Notes under the pieces: model-generated
What the model was told of the DNA's origin: nothing
Seen by the model: only the letters and a program-made list of their open reading frames with translations
Database searches by the model: none
Translations under genes and position numbers: made by a program
DNA from: Lachnospiraceae bacterium UBA7205
GTDB taxonomy: Bacteria > Bacillota > Clostridia > Lachnospirales > Lachnospiraceae
Direction of reading: 5' to 3'
Length of the DNA: 64,000 nt
Assembly (NCBI GenBank): GCA_002490665.1
Contig: DKUL01000059.1
Coordinates: forward strand, 53,704-117,703
In this document: positions 39,122-48,340 of the stretch, in pieces
How the letters are laid out: every line of letters starts with the position of its first letter
Numbering within the stretch: the first letter of the stretch is position 1

Positions 39122-40693
39122 ATGAAAAACGAGAAAAGAAATGAGGAAAAAGAAGATAAAAGACAGGCTTCGGAGCCGAAAACGGAAGATTTTTCGGATG
39201 CAGTAAGTGATTTTGAGTTTTTGCAGGAAAAGATTAAGGAGCGCCCGGTAGACAAGAAAAAGCTTTTGCGCAGAACCATCACGACTGCTTCGCTGGCAGT
39301 ACTTTTTGGCGTGCTTGCCTGCCTGTCGTTCCTGCTTCTGGAGCCGGTTCTCAATAACTGGCTGTACCCTGAGGAGGAGCCTGAGGTGGTCACGTTCCCG
39401 CAGGAGAAGAATGAAATGCTTCCGGAGGATATGCTCACAGAGGGCACGACAACTGGTCAGGAAGAGAGCGGGGAGACGGACGAAAGCGAAAGCCAGACGG
39501 AAAACGGAACAGAAGCTTCGGAAACCGGGACGCTGCCGACGGACGCGACGGAGACAGAAAGTACGGCAGCTGCGAGTACGGAAACAGTTGAAGGAAGCCA
39601 GTCGGAAGAGGAATCCTCCGATGAAGGGAACCCACAGGAAACGCATGGCAGTGTGGAAAGCTCCAATGCGGAAGCCGTGTCAGACGTTCCGGAGACAGAG
39701 GTGATAGAGCCGCTCAGGCCGTATCAGACACAGTATGAGGAGCTTTACAATATTTACCGGGAAGTGGAGTCCAGCATGGTCACGGTTACCGGGGTACGCT
39801 CAAACGTGGACTGGTTTAACAACCCCTATCAGAGCGAGGGCAGTACGGCAGGCGTCATCATCGCAAACAATAACAGGGAGCTGCTGATATTAAGCAGGAA
39901 GTCCCCGCTCGATGGCGCGGAGACAATCCGTATTCGTTTTTTCAATAATATGAGTGCTGACGCGGTGATGAAGCAGTACGACAAAAATACGGACCTGGCG
40001 GTTCTGGCAGTGGATTTAAAGTATATTGGCGGCAATACACTACAGCAGATTCTGGTAGCGACACTGGGAAGCTCGGTTTCTCACGGAACATCAGGAATTA
40101 CGGGCACGCCAGTCATCGCCATAGGAAACCTGTTCGGATACAAAGATACGGTATGCTATGGAATCGTCACATCAAATGGAAATGTGGTATCAATGGCAGA
40201 CAATGAATATAAACTGATTACGACAGATATCTATGCCGGTACAAGCCCGAGCGGCATCCTGGTAAACATGGACAGGGAGGTAATCGGAATCATCGATAAC
40301 AGCCACAATCATGATGACACGCGAAATCTTTTGTCTGCAATTGGGATTACCGAATTGAAGGAGACGATTGCGAAGCTCTCCAACGGAGAACCAATTCCAT
40401 ATCTTGGCATTTATGCGCAGGACATTGATGTCAGGATACGGAATGAACAAGGGCTTCCCCAGGGCGCGTATATCTTTGACATTGACATGGATTCGCCGGC
40501 GATGCTCAAGGGCATACAGAAGGGAGATATCCTGGTCAGGGTTGGCGTGCAGGAGATTCGAAGCGCTGCCGACTATATGAATGCACTCAGGAATGCCCCG
40601 ACAGACAGGAGCATAACTATAGTAGTACAGAGGGCAAGCATGAATGCGTATGAAGAAATGCAGTTTGCCATACAGCCTGCAATAAGACAATAG
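39122..40693 (+). CDS. Membrane-anchored HtrA-like trypsin/PDZ protein with a degenerate active site
   Basis: TM, acidic linker, DLAVL, VIAIGN, PDZ (PYLGI...SPAMLKGIQKGDIL); the TNxH and GNSGG motifs are not preserved. Confidence 0.8.
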   Translation: MKNEKRNEEKEDKRQASEPKTEDFSDAVSDFEFLQEKIKERPVDKKKLLRRTITTASLAVLFGVLACLSFLLLEPVLNNWLYPEEEPEVVTFPQEKNEMLPEDMLTEGTTTGQEESGETDESESQTENGTEASETGTLPTDATETESTAAASTETVEGSQSEEESSDEGNPQETHGSVESSNAEAVSDVPETEVIEPLRPYQTQYEELYNIYREVESSMVTVTGVRSNVDWFNNPYQSEGSTAGVIIANNNRELLILSRKSPLDGAETIRIRFFNNMSADAVMKQYDKNTDLAVLAVDLKYIGGNTLQQILVATLGSSVSHGTSGITGTPVIAIGNLFGYKDTVCYGIVTSNGNVVSMADNEYKLITTDIYAGTSPSGILVNMDREVIGIIDNSHNHDDTRNLLSAIGITELKETIAKLSNGEPIPYLGIYAQDIDVRIRNEQGLPQGAYIFDIDMDSPAMLKGIQKGDILVRVGVQEIRSAADYMNALRNAPTDRSITIVVQRASMNAYEEMQFAIQPAIRQ

Positions 40694-40712
40694 GAAAGGA
40701 TAAGACAGGACA

Positions 40713-41651
40713 ATGAAGTATATTAAGGATTACAAGGATGGAGACCGTATTTTTGACATTTATTTCTGCAAATTTAAGAGCTCCGCAGTAACAAAGAATG
40801 GAAAAAATTATGACAATGTCATTATACAGGACAAGACAGGGACGCTCGACGCGAAAATCTGGGATCCAAACAACGCAGGAATTGCCGATTTTGACGCGAT
40901 GGACTATATCGAGGTGTACGGCGATGTCACAAGCTTTAACGGCGCATTGCAGGTCAACGTGAAACGTGTGCGCAAATGCGAGGAAGGCGAGTATGATGAG
41001 GGTGAATATATGCCTGTGAGCAGCAAAAACCTTGATGAAATGTATGCGGAGCTTCTCAAAATCATAGGGAGTATCGGAAATACATATCTGAAAGCGCTGC
41101 TCGATAAATTTTTTGTCGAGGACGAGGCGTTTGCGGCAAGATTCAGAAAGGCATCCGCGGCAAAGTCCATCCATCATGGATTTATCGGCGGACTGCTTGA
41201 GCATACGCTCAGTGTGGCGAAGCTTTGCGATTATTATTGTACGGCGTACCCGATACTGAACCGCGACCTCCTGCTGACGGCGGCAATCTGCCATGACATA
41301 GGAAAAGTACATGAAATCAGCCCATTTCCGACAAACGATTATACGGATGCAGGGCAGTTTCTGGGACATATTGTGGTGGGCTCTGAGATGGTCGGCAAAA
41401 AGGCGGCGGAAATCCCGGGATTTCCGGAGATGCTGGAAATGCAGCTGAAGCACTGCATCCTTGCGCACCATGGGGAATTTGAGTACGGTTCACCGAAAAA
41501 ACCGGCGCTTATTGAGGCAGTGGCGTTAAGCCATGCCGACGACACGGATGCCAAGATGGAAACCTTTACGGAAATTTTACAGTCGTCACAGGAGACTGGA
41601 TGGCTTGGATACAACAGGCTGTTTGAATCCAATCTGAGACGAACCGTATGA
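40713..41651 (+). CDS. yhaM: 3'-5' exoribonuclease YhaM (OB fold + HD domain)
   Basis: DKTGTLDAKIW OB fold; IHH...GGLLEH, CHDIGK, ILAHHGE.EYGSP. Confidence 0.88.
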   Translation: MKYIKDYKDGDRIFDIYFCKFKSSAVTKNGKNYDNVIIQDKTGTLDAKIWDPNNAGIADFDAMDYIEVYGDVTSFNGALQVNVKRVRKCEEGEYDEGEYMPVSSKNLDEMYAELLKIIGSIGNTYLKALLDKFFVEDEAFAARFRKASAAKSIHHGFIGGLLEHTLSVAKLCDYYCTAYPILNRDLLLTAAICHDIGKVHEISPFPTNDYTDAGQFLGHIVVGSEMVGKKAAEIPGFPEMLEMQLKHCILAHHGEFEYGSPKKPALIEAVALSHADDTDAKMETFTEILQSSQETGWLGYNRLFESNLRRTV

Positions 41652-41764
41652 AAAACAGGTGGGCACGTATAGTGTATTATTTAGGAACTGTTCAGAAATT
41701 ACGTATGACAATTACCTGTCACAAGTAATTTTTGAACAGTTCCTTAGGATGGCGGAGGATTGGA

Positions 41765-43159
41765 ATGAAATACGAAAAGGATGACAGTGTTACGCTGGTT
41801 ATCGAGGATATGGGGTCAGACGGCGAGGGCATTGGGAAAATAGACGGTTTTGCCTTTTTTGTGAAGGATGCGCTAATCGGTGACAAGGTGGAAGCAAAAG
41901 TCATGAAAGTCAAAAAGGGATATGCGTATGCCCGGCTGATGCGTATCGTGTCCCCCTCCCCGAACCGCACAGAGCCAGAATGCCCATACCATAAACAGTG
42001 CGGCGGATGCCAGATTCAGGCGCTCGATTACAGCGCGCAGCTTTTATATAAGGAAAAGAAGGTCAGAAACAATCTGATGCGAATCGGCGGATTTTCAGAA
42101 AAACTGCTTGACAGTGTAATGGAGCCGATTGTTGGGATGGAGCATCCGTACCACTACAGGAATAAGGCGCAGTTTCCGATTGGAACCGACAAAAACGGTG
42201 AAATTGTGACAGGATTTTATGCGGGAAGAACCCATACCATCATACCGAATACGGACTGTGTGCTTGGCATTTCCGAGAACCGGGATATTTTGGAGATTTT
42301 TATCAATTACATGAAACGTTGTAACGTGAAACCATATGACGAAACCACTGGGACAGGACTGGTCAGGCATGTCCTGATTCGAAAAGGATTTACAACAGGT
42401 GAAATCATGGTATGCGCTGTCATCAACGGCGAACACCTTCCGCAGGAAGACAGGCTTGTCGAAGCACTCAGGAAAATTGAGGGAATGGCGAGCATATCCA
42501 TCAACATCAATACAGAAAAAACAAATGTAATTATGGGAGGCAGATGCCGCACCATCTGGGGAAGCGATACAATCAGTGACGTGATTCATATGAGGGATGG
42601 GGAAGGAATTACATTTGCCATCTCGCCACTGTCCTTTTATCAGGTGAACCCTATCCAGACAGAAAGGCTCTACGGCATTGCCCTGGATTACGCGGGGCTG
42701 ACCGGGACGGAGACTGTCTGGGATTTATACTGCGGCATCGGCACCATCAGCCTGTTTATGGCGAAAAGGGCAAAACAGGTATACGGTGTTGAAATCGTGG
42801 AACAGGCAATTCTCGACGCGCGCAGGAACGCAGTGCGAAACGGCATCGACAATGCCAGCTTTTATGTGGGAAAGGCAGAGGAGGTTCTGCCAGGGCTATA
42901 TGAAAAGGAAGGCATTTATGCTGATGTAATCTGTGTCGACCCGCCACGCAAGGGGTGCGACAGTGCCTGTCTGGAAACGATATGCAAAATGATGCCTGAC
43001 CGCATTGTTTATGTAAGCTGTGACAGCGCCACCCTCGCAAGGGATCTGAAGTATCTGTGTGCAAATGGTTATGAACTGCGGTGCGCGCGGGCAGTGGATT
43101 TGTTTGGGCATACGGTGCATGTTGAAGTCGCATGTTGTCTACAAAGGAAGGATTCGTAG
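41765..43159 (+). CDS. rlmD: 23S rRNA (uracil-5-)-methyltransferase RlmD/RumA
   Basis: TRAM domain, CxxxxxCGGC cluster, YRNK, SFYQVN, DLYCGIG, DPPRKG, YVSCD. Confidence 0.95.
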   Translation: MKYEKDDSVTLVIEDMGSDGEGIGKIDGFAFFVKDALIGDKVEAKVMKVKKGYAYARLMRIVSPSPNRTEPECPYHKQCGGCQIQALDYSAQLLYKEKKVRNNLMRIGGFSEKLLDSVMEPIVGMEHPYHYRNKAQFPIGTDKNGEIVTGFYAGRTHTIIPNTDCVLGISENRDILEIFINYMKRCNVKPYDETTGTGLVRHVLIRKGFTTGEIMVCAVINGEHLPQEDRLVEALRKIEGMASISININTEKTNVIMGGRCRTIWGSDTISDVIHMRDGEGITFAISPLSFYQVNPIQTERLYGIALDYAGLTGTETVWDLYCGIGTISLFMAKRAKQVYGVEIVEQAILDARRNAVRNGIDNASFYVGKAEEVLPGLYEKEGIYADVICVDPPRKGCDSACLETICKMMPDRIVYVSCDSATLARDLKYLCANGYELRCARAVDLFGHTVHVEVACCLQRKDS

Positions 43160-43447
43160 AAATCCTTGAATTTGCGCACTTAACGAGGATTTCAAAGTTT
43201 AACCGAACACCTGAATATCGGAAGGATAGTTTGGTATTCAACTATTTGTTAAGAAGAAAGATATGGAATATGAAGGTGTAATTAAGCATTGGAAAAGTCA
43301 TAACATTTTTGGTTAGCGAGGTGCGTCAAAGGGTTATTGAAAATTGGCAGCTATGCAACGAACCAGTGACAATTTTGTATCTTGAAAGCGGTAGCTTGTG
43401 CGGAATATGTTTGATATAATTATACCTGATGATTGGAGGTATTTTTT

Positions 43448-44125
43448 ATGGAATTACAGGACAAATTACAGCTTTTGAGAAAACAGAAAGGTTATTCACA
43501 GGAACAGCTTGCGGATAAATTGGGAATTGCTCGCCAGACGCTTAGTAAATGGGAAAATGGTCAGGCTGTGCCTGAATTGAATAATTTGATTTCGCTGAGT
43601 AATCTGTATGGAATAACCATAGACCGAATAGTGAAAGAAGACGATGAATGCAATCTTTCTTTGTGTAGGAATGCCAGTATAGATATCAATGGAATTATTG
43701 ATTTTCTTCTTATGGCAAAAAAGAATACCTATGCAGCGGCAAATAATAAAGCTGAATCATGTAGAATGAATTCTCAGGATTATCGTTATGAAGACAAAAA
43801 TGGATTTACCTATCTTGACTCCTACTTGGGCGGGGAATGTTTTGTCGGTGAGGAAGCGGTATGGCTGCATGAAAAGCCGGTTTGGAGTATGAACTATGCA
43901 GGACGTGTGACAGGAGAAAATTTTAGTGGCGATTTCTTGAAAGAGGTGCTTATGGAAGTTCCGGAAAATTTGCCATTTCGTGGCCCGGAGATTTATACAA
44001 AAGGGGATTACCATTATCACTGCAAAGCAGATGGCGGGTTTGTATGGTTTCAGGGATATGAAGAAATATTTTACATGAATGAAAAAATATATGATTGCTA
44101 TTTTCATGGAGGAACTATTCGGTAA
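43448..44125 (+). CDS. XRE HTH fused to a DUF5680-like domain
   Basis: N-terminal HTH (SQEQLADKLGIARQTLSKWENG); C-terminal AKKNTYA...YLDSYLGG...GEEAVW...WSMNYAGR. Confidence 0.75.
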   Translation: MELQDKLQLLRKQKGYSQEQLADKLGIARQTLSKWENGQAVPELNNLISLSNLYGITIDRIVKEDDECNLSLCRNASIDINGIIDFLLMAKKNTYAAANNKAESCRMNSQDYRYEDKNGFTYLDSYLGGECFVGEEAVWLHEKPVWSMNYAGRVTGENFSGDFLKEVLMEVPENLPFRGPEIYTKGDYHYHCKADGGFVWFQGYEEIFYMNEKIYDCYFHGGTIR

Positions 44126-44961
44126 TGAATATAATTGAAAAGGAAATCGAGGTAAAGGATTATCTGACAAAATCCAGTCTCCCTGCCAGTGATTATGTTA
44201 TTAATCCGTATGTGGGCTGCCCCCATGGATGTAAATACTGTTATGCCAGCTTTATGAAAAGATTTACAGGGCACAAGGAAGAATGGGGTACATTTATAGA
44301 TGTGAAAAGATGTTCGAAACCGATAAGCAAAAAGAAATTAAAGGGGAGGACGGTTTTTCTTGCATCTGTTACAGACTGTTATAATCCCTGTGAGGAAAAA
44401 TATTGTATAACGCAAAGTATATTAAGGCAGCTTACGGATGTGGACTGTACAGTTAGTATTTCAACAAAATCATCACTGGTTTTGAGGGATGTGGAATTGC
44501 TAAAGCAATTTAAGGATATATCGGTAGCGGTGTCTGTTAATACGCTGGATGAAAGTTTTAAGGATGATATGGATAAAGCAAGCAGTATTAAGGTCCGCAT
44601 GAAGACGCTTAAAGTATTGCATGAAAACGGAATTCATACGGTGCTATTCATGTCGCCAATATTTCCGGCAATAACAGATTATAAGAAAATTATCAAAAAA
44701 AGCAGGCTGTTTGTTGATGAGTACTGGTTTGAAAATCTGAATCTTAGAGGGGGATATAAGGCTTGGATACTTGGGTATATAGATGAAAAATATCCCCAAT
44801 ATACTGACTTGTATAAACAAATATATGTGGAAGGAAATAAAGGCTATTGGAATAAACTGGCAGAAGAGATAGAGGCGTATTGTGCCAGTCATTCTGTTCC
44901 GCACACAAATTACTTTTACCATGAGCAGCTTGTGGCGCAGAAGAAGGAAAAAATATTATAA
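44125..44961 (+). CDS. Radical SAM protein, SplB/COG1533-like
   Basis: INPYVGCPHGCKYCYA (CxxxCxxC), VTDCYNP, STKS; ATG overlaps the upstream TAA. Confidence 0.85.
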   Translation: MNIIEKEIEVKDYLTKSSLPASDYVINPYVGCPHGCKYCYASFMKRFTGHKEEWGTFIDVKRCSKPISKKKLKGRTVFLASVTDCYNPCEEKYCITQSILRQLTDVDCTVSISTKSSLVLRDVELLKQFKDISVAVSVNTLDESFKDDMDKASSIKVRMKTLKVLHENGIHTVLFMSPIFPAITDYKKIIKKSRLFVDEYWFENLNLRGGYKAWILGYIDEKYPQYTDLYKQIYVEGNKGYWNKLAEEIEAYCASHSVPHTNYFYHEQLVAQKKEKIL

Positions 44962-45204
44962 AATCATGGGAAAGATTCCGCTTCGGAGTTGGCGAAGTGC
45001 TCGCATTTATTGGGAATTTAAGGGATGCAATTCCATGGATATACACAAGGCTGGAAGCATTGCTTTCAAGGATGTCGGAAATATACAAGATGTTTTTATA
45101 AAAATTTTGTATAATTCTGGTATTCGGACAGACAGGAAAGGATGAAAAATTTAACGAAACTGTAGCGATGAGAGTACAGGTATTAAAAAGGAACGGAGGT
45201 ATTT

Positions 45205-45528
45205 ATGGCAAAGAACAAAGAACTTGCAGATTATGTAATGAACCAATTGTCTGATTTGGGAGATATACGAAATATTCCCATGATGGGCGGCTACGTTTTT
45301 TACTATAAAGAGCGGATATTTGGCGGGATTTATGGCAATGGTTTTATGGTAAAGATTACAGAGGCAAGCAAGAAGTTTATGCCGGATAGCGAACCTGAAC
45401 CACCATATGAGGGTGCAAAACCTATGTTAGCGGTAACCATTTTGGATGACAGGACTGCGTTGCAGAATATGGTGGAAGAAATGTATCCGGAGTTGCCGGA
45501 AAGGGAACCCAAAAAGAAAAAAGTGTAA
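45205..45528 (+). CDS. TfoX/Sxy N-terminal-domain protein
   Basis: IPMMGGYVFYYKERIFGGIYGNGFMVK...PYEGAKP. Confidence 0.75.
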   Translation: MAKNKELADYVMNQLSDLGDIRNIPMMGGYVFYYKERIFGGIYGNGFMVKITEASKKFMPDSEPEPPYEGAKPMLAVTILDDRTALQNMVEEMYPELPEREPKKKKV

Positions 45529-45583
45529 ATCGTGGAACAATTCTACTGCCCCCGGCTGTTTCACCCGGTTACTGTAACCACTT

Positions 45584-46906
45584 TCAATCAGGGGGATACA
45601 TATTCCGTTTGCTCATGGCACACACAATGCCAAAATAGCAAGTATAAAAAACTACAATACATGCCCCGAACGCACCGGTTAACTTGAGCAGAATATTCTT
45701 CAAAGAAGCTGGCAATATTAAGTTCATTTTTCCGTTCAGTAACGGTATGCAGAATAAAATAATCAATAATGCCATTATCATTGGAGTGGTCAGCTTGATT
45801 GCTATCTGCCGATTCACAAGTCTTGCTGTCTGCTTATTGCTTTTTCCCAGACAGCGCATTATCTGATTGCTTTTTGAATTTTGCCGAATCTCTATAATCT
45901 GCTGCAAGGATAATATTGAAAAATAAATAACCAGAAACACGATGCAGATACTTATCTGTGAAGTTCCCATCCACTGCTGCATAGCCGCATCAAAAAGCTG
46001 AAATTCCGGATGCAGCATCAATAGTCCGGTCACGAAAGAACATCCGGAAAATAAAAAGCATATGCAGAAAATGGCATTAACGGTAGCAGCCGTTTGTATA
46101 TTGGATGTTACATTTGCCACAATATATAGCCTGTCTTTTTGATAGATTTGAACGGATTTCATTTGCCTGTACGCATATAAATAACCAAACACCCATTTGT
46201 AAAAAGCAAAGACAGATATAAGCAGGGGTATTGCCGCAACAGATATGGGATAAACAACATAAACCGCTGGCAAAAAAACAATGCCACAAACGCAGCCTAT
46301 TAGGCAGATAAAACACAATAAGAAGACAATGCCCCATTTTTTATAGCTTTCTATTTCTTTTACGCCTTGGCTGCGGTTTCCTTCATACATCAGTTCCCTT
46401 ATTTGCAGCCTGTCTATGCGCTGCTTCAACCGAAAAGAACACACTGTTTCAATAAGGCAAAAAAACAGGAACGTATAGAGCATACTTTTTCCATAAAGGA
46501 ATCCGTAATGGTTCATTTCATGCAGCGGTTCATGGAAGTACCAAAAGCCATATATGGAAAAACCTATTGTTGCGCCTGCCATGTAACAGCAAAAGCCGAT
46601 CAGCAAAACTTCGCACAGGAACAGCCGGGTTAATCTCTTTTTTTCCATACCCAGTAATAAATAGCTTGCAAACTCTTTTGCCCGCTGCCTCAGCAGAAAT
46701 AAGTCGATATATCCGGCTAAAACTATTTGGATGGCTGCTATCAGCAATGGCAGGGAAATTACCTGAAAACCGGCTGATTTTCCTGTGATGGTTATACAGT
46801 TAGATACCTCCATAACCGCCAAAAGGACGGTCATGGTAACAACATATAAAAGGTAATTTATAAAAGAACGCCTGGCATTACGGATTGACAGCTTCAAGTA
46901 CATCAT
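45584..46906 (-). CDS. FtsX/BceB-like ABC permease lacking the large extracellular domain
   Basis: RQRAKEFASYLLLGM and IMRCLGKS FtsX-like loops; about 10 TMs; ATG overlaps the ATPase TGA. Confidence 0.7.
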   Translation of the reverse strand: MMYLKLSIRNARRSFINYLLYVVTMTVLLAVMEVSNCITITGKSAGFQVISLPLLIAAIQIVLAGYIDLFLLRQRAKEFASYLLLGMEKKRLTRLFLCEVLLIGFCCYMAGATIGFSIYGFWYFHEPLHEMNHYGFLYGKSMLYTFLFFCLIETVCSFRLKQRIDRLQIRELMYEGNRSQGVKEIESYKKWGIVFLLCFICLIGCVCGIVFLPAVYVVYPISVAAIPLLISVFAFYKWVFGYLYAYRQMKSVQIYQKDRLYIVANVTSNIQTAATVNAIFCICFLFSGCSFVTGLLMLHPEFQLFDAAMQQWMGTSQISICIVFLVIYFSILSLQQIIEIRQNSKSNQIMRCLGKSNKQTARLVNRQIAIKLTTPMIMALLIILFCIPLLNGKMNLILPASLKNILLKLTGAFGACIVVFYTCYFGIVCAMSKRNMYPPD

Positions 46907-48000
46907 GGCATTTTTCTCCTCTCTATCCATTCTATTTTCTTCAAAATATCCGCGAAAAAGTTCTGTTTGTTTTCATGTTCCCGGTTTAAGGAAGCTTTTA
47001 TTTCGCCGTCTTCCATAAATAAAATCCTGTCACAATAGCTTGCCGCCATGACGTCATGTGTGACCATCAGTATTGTTGCGCTGTACTCTCTGCAAAGCAT
47101 GGAAAGGGTGTCTAAAAGCTGTCTGGCAGCATGGGAATCCAATGCCCCGGTAGGCTCATCCGCAAGTATGATATCCGGATTTAACACAATGGCACGGGCG
47201 CAGGCGCAGCGCTGCCGTTGTCCTCCCGATACCTCATATGGAAATTTATCTAATATTGCCGATATATTCAGCTTTTCAGATAAACCTTGAATCATTGGAC
47301 GAATATTTTCTTTTGCAACCTCTTTAATTGTCAGGGCAAGCGCAATGTTTTCATAGATAGTCAGGGTTTCAAGTAAGTTGTATTCCTGGAAAACAAAACC
47401 TAAATGGCTGCGGCGAAATTCTGCGGCAGCTGCATCTGGCATATCCGCGATGTCCTGCCCGCTAATTCGTATCGTCCCATTCGTTGGCTTGTCTATTGTG
47501 GCGATTAAATTAAGCAGTGTTGTTTTCCCGGAACCGGAAGCACCCATGATTCCAACAAAGCTGCCGTGCGGTATCTGAAAACTTACGTCATTTACAGCTA
47601 ATACAGAATTATTTTCTGTTTCGTGCCCTGACGAAATGGTTTCATAGAGCTTGGAAACATTTACGACCTCCAAAACATTTTGGGGTGCTGTATCACTTTC
47701 CTTAAATTCCCATTTATCATGTCCTAACCAATTCGTAATCACGTCCATAAGTACCTCGTCTGCTTTCTCTTTCAGCTTATCTTCCGCAATGCGCTCACCC
47801 GCAAATAGTTCATTTAAAGTAACGTCTAAAAGAGTGCATAAAGGCAAAAACAAAGATAAATCCGGCATGGACCGTCCGGTTTCCCATTTTGAAATAGCCT
47901 TATCGGTTATTTCCAGTTTTTCTGCTAACTGGCTTTGCGTCCAGCCTTTTGCTTTCCGGCGCTCGGAAATAAAAGCGCCAATCTTAACTTGATTCATCAT
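46903..48000 (-). CDS. XRE HTH - ABC ATPase (BceA/LolD-like) fusion
   Basis: N-terminal XRE (TQSQLAEKLEITDKAISKWETG) in frame with GASGSGKT, FVFQEYNL, VSGGQRQR, LADEPTG, MVTHD. Confidence 0.85.
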   Translation of the reverse strand: MMNQVKIGAFISERRKAKGWTQSQLAEKLEITDKAISKWETGRSMPDLSLFLPLCTLLDVTLNELFAGERIAEDKLKEKADEVLMDVITNWLGHDKWEFKESDTAPQNVLEVVNVSKLYETISSGHETENNSVLAVNDVSFQIPHGSFVGIMGASGSGKTTLLNLIATIDKPTNGTIRISGQDIADMPDAAAAEFRRSHLGFVFQEYNLLETLTIYENIALALTIKEVAKENIRPMIQGLSEKLNISAILDKFPYEVSGGQRQRCACARAIVLNPDIILADEPTGALDSHAARQLLDTLSMLCREYSATILMVTHDVMAASYCDRILFMEDGEIKASLNREHENKQNFFADILKKIEWIERRKMP

Positions 48001-48051
48001 TCAGCCCTCCTGCTTGTGGTAATTATATAAATCCGGCATAAAAATGAACAC

Positions 48052-48104
48052 CTACCAGCGGTAGAGTTGGATAAAAGGGGGGTTTTTAACGCTACCAGTC
48101 GTAT
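48052..48104. promoter_or_regulatory. Putative XRE operator pair
   Basis: CTACC-N3-GGTAG perfect IR at 48052-48064 and a degenerate copy at 48092-48104, just upstream of the XRE-ATPase promoter. Confidence 0.45.
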
Positions 48105-48264
48105 AGTTCTGTACGGAATTTGATGAAATATAAGGAAATATGTATATTTCGATTATATCATTGCGCTATCCCGAAATCTATCTTGTTTTGTCAGGGCAGT
48201 CTGACCGGCTTTTTTTAAAAACAATTCTAAAGACGTTTTTGTAGAAAAAGCTTTCATTATCTGG

Positions 48265-48286
48265 AATATTATGGTACTATAATATT
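48265..48286. promoter_or_regulatory. 22-bp palindrome overlapping the -10 of the hydrolase-KAS III-MCP operon
   Basis: AATATTATGGTACTATAATATT, one mismatched pair, contains TATAAT. Confidence 0.5.
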
Positions 48287-48340
48287 AGCTATAATGCGCT
48301 TAAAAAAAGAAAAACATATGATGCGAAGGGGGAACGCAAG

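Larger units (their letters stand above)
43160..48240. mobile_element. AT-rich accessory islet at the rlmD 3' end (no integrase; right boundary uncertain)
   Basis: Visibly AT-richer sequence starting right after an atypical rlmD C-terminus (VEVACCLQRKDS); accessory gene content. Confidence 0.45.

Noticed and set aside
39420-39710. Glu/Thr/Ser-rich repetitive coding stretch
   Set aside because: Low-complexity linker of the HtrA-like protein, with no regular repeat unit.
44962-45204. Intergenic stretch with short open frames, possibly a gene remnant or cassette site
   Set aside because: No recognisable motif, RBS-start pair or repeat could be supported by eye.
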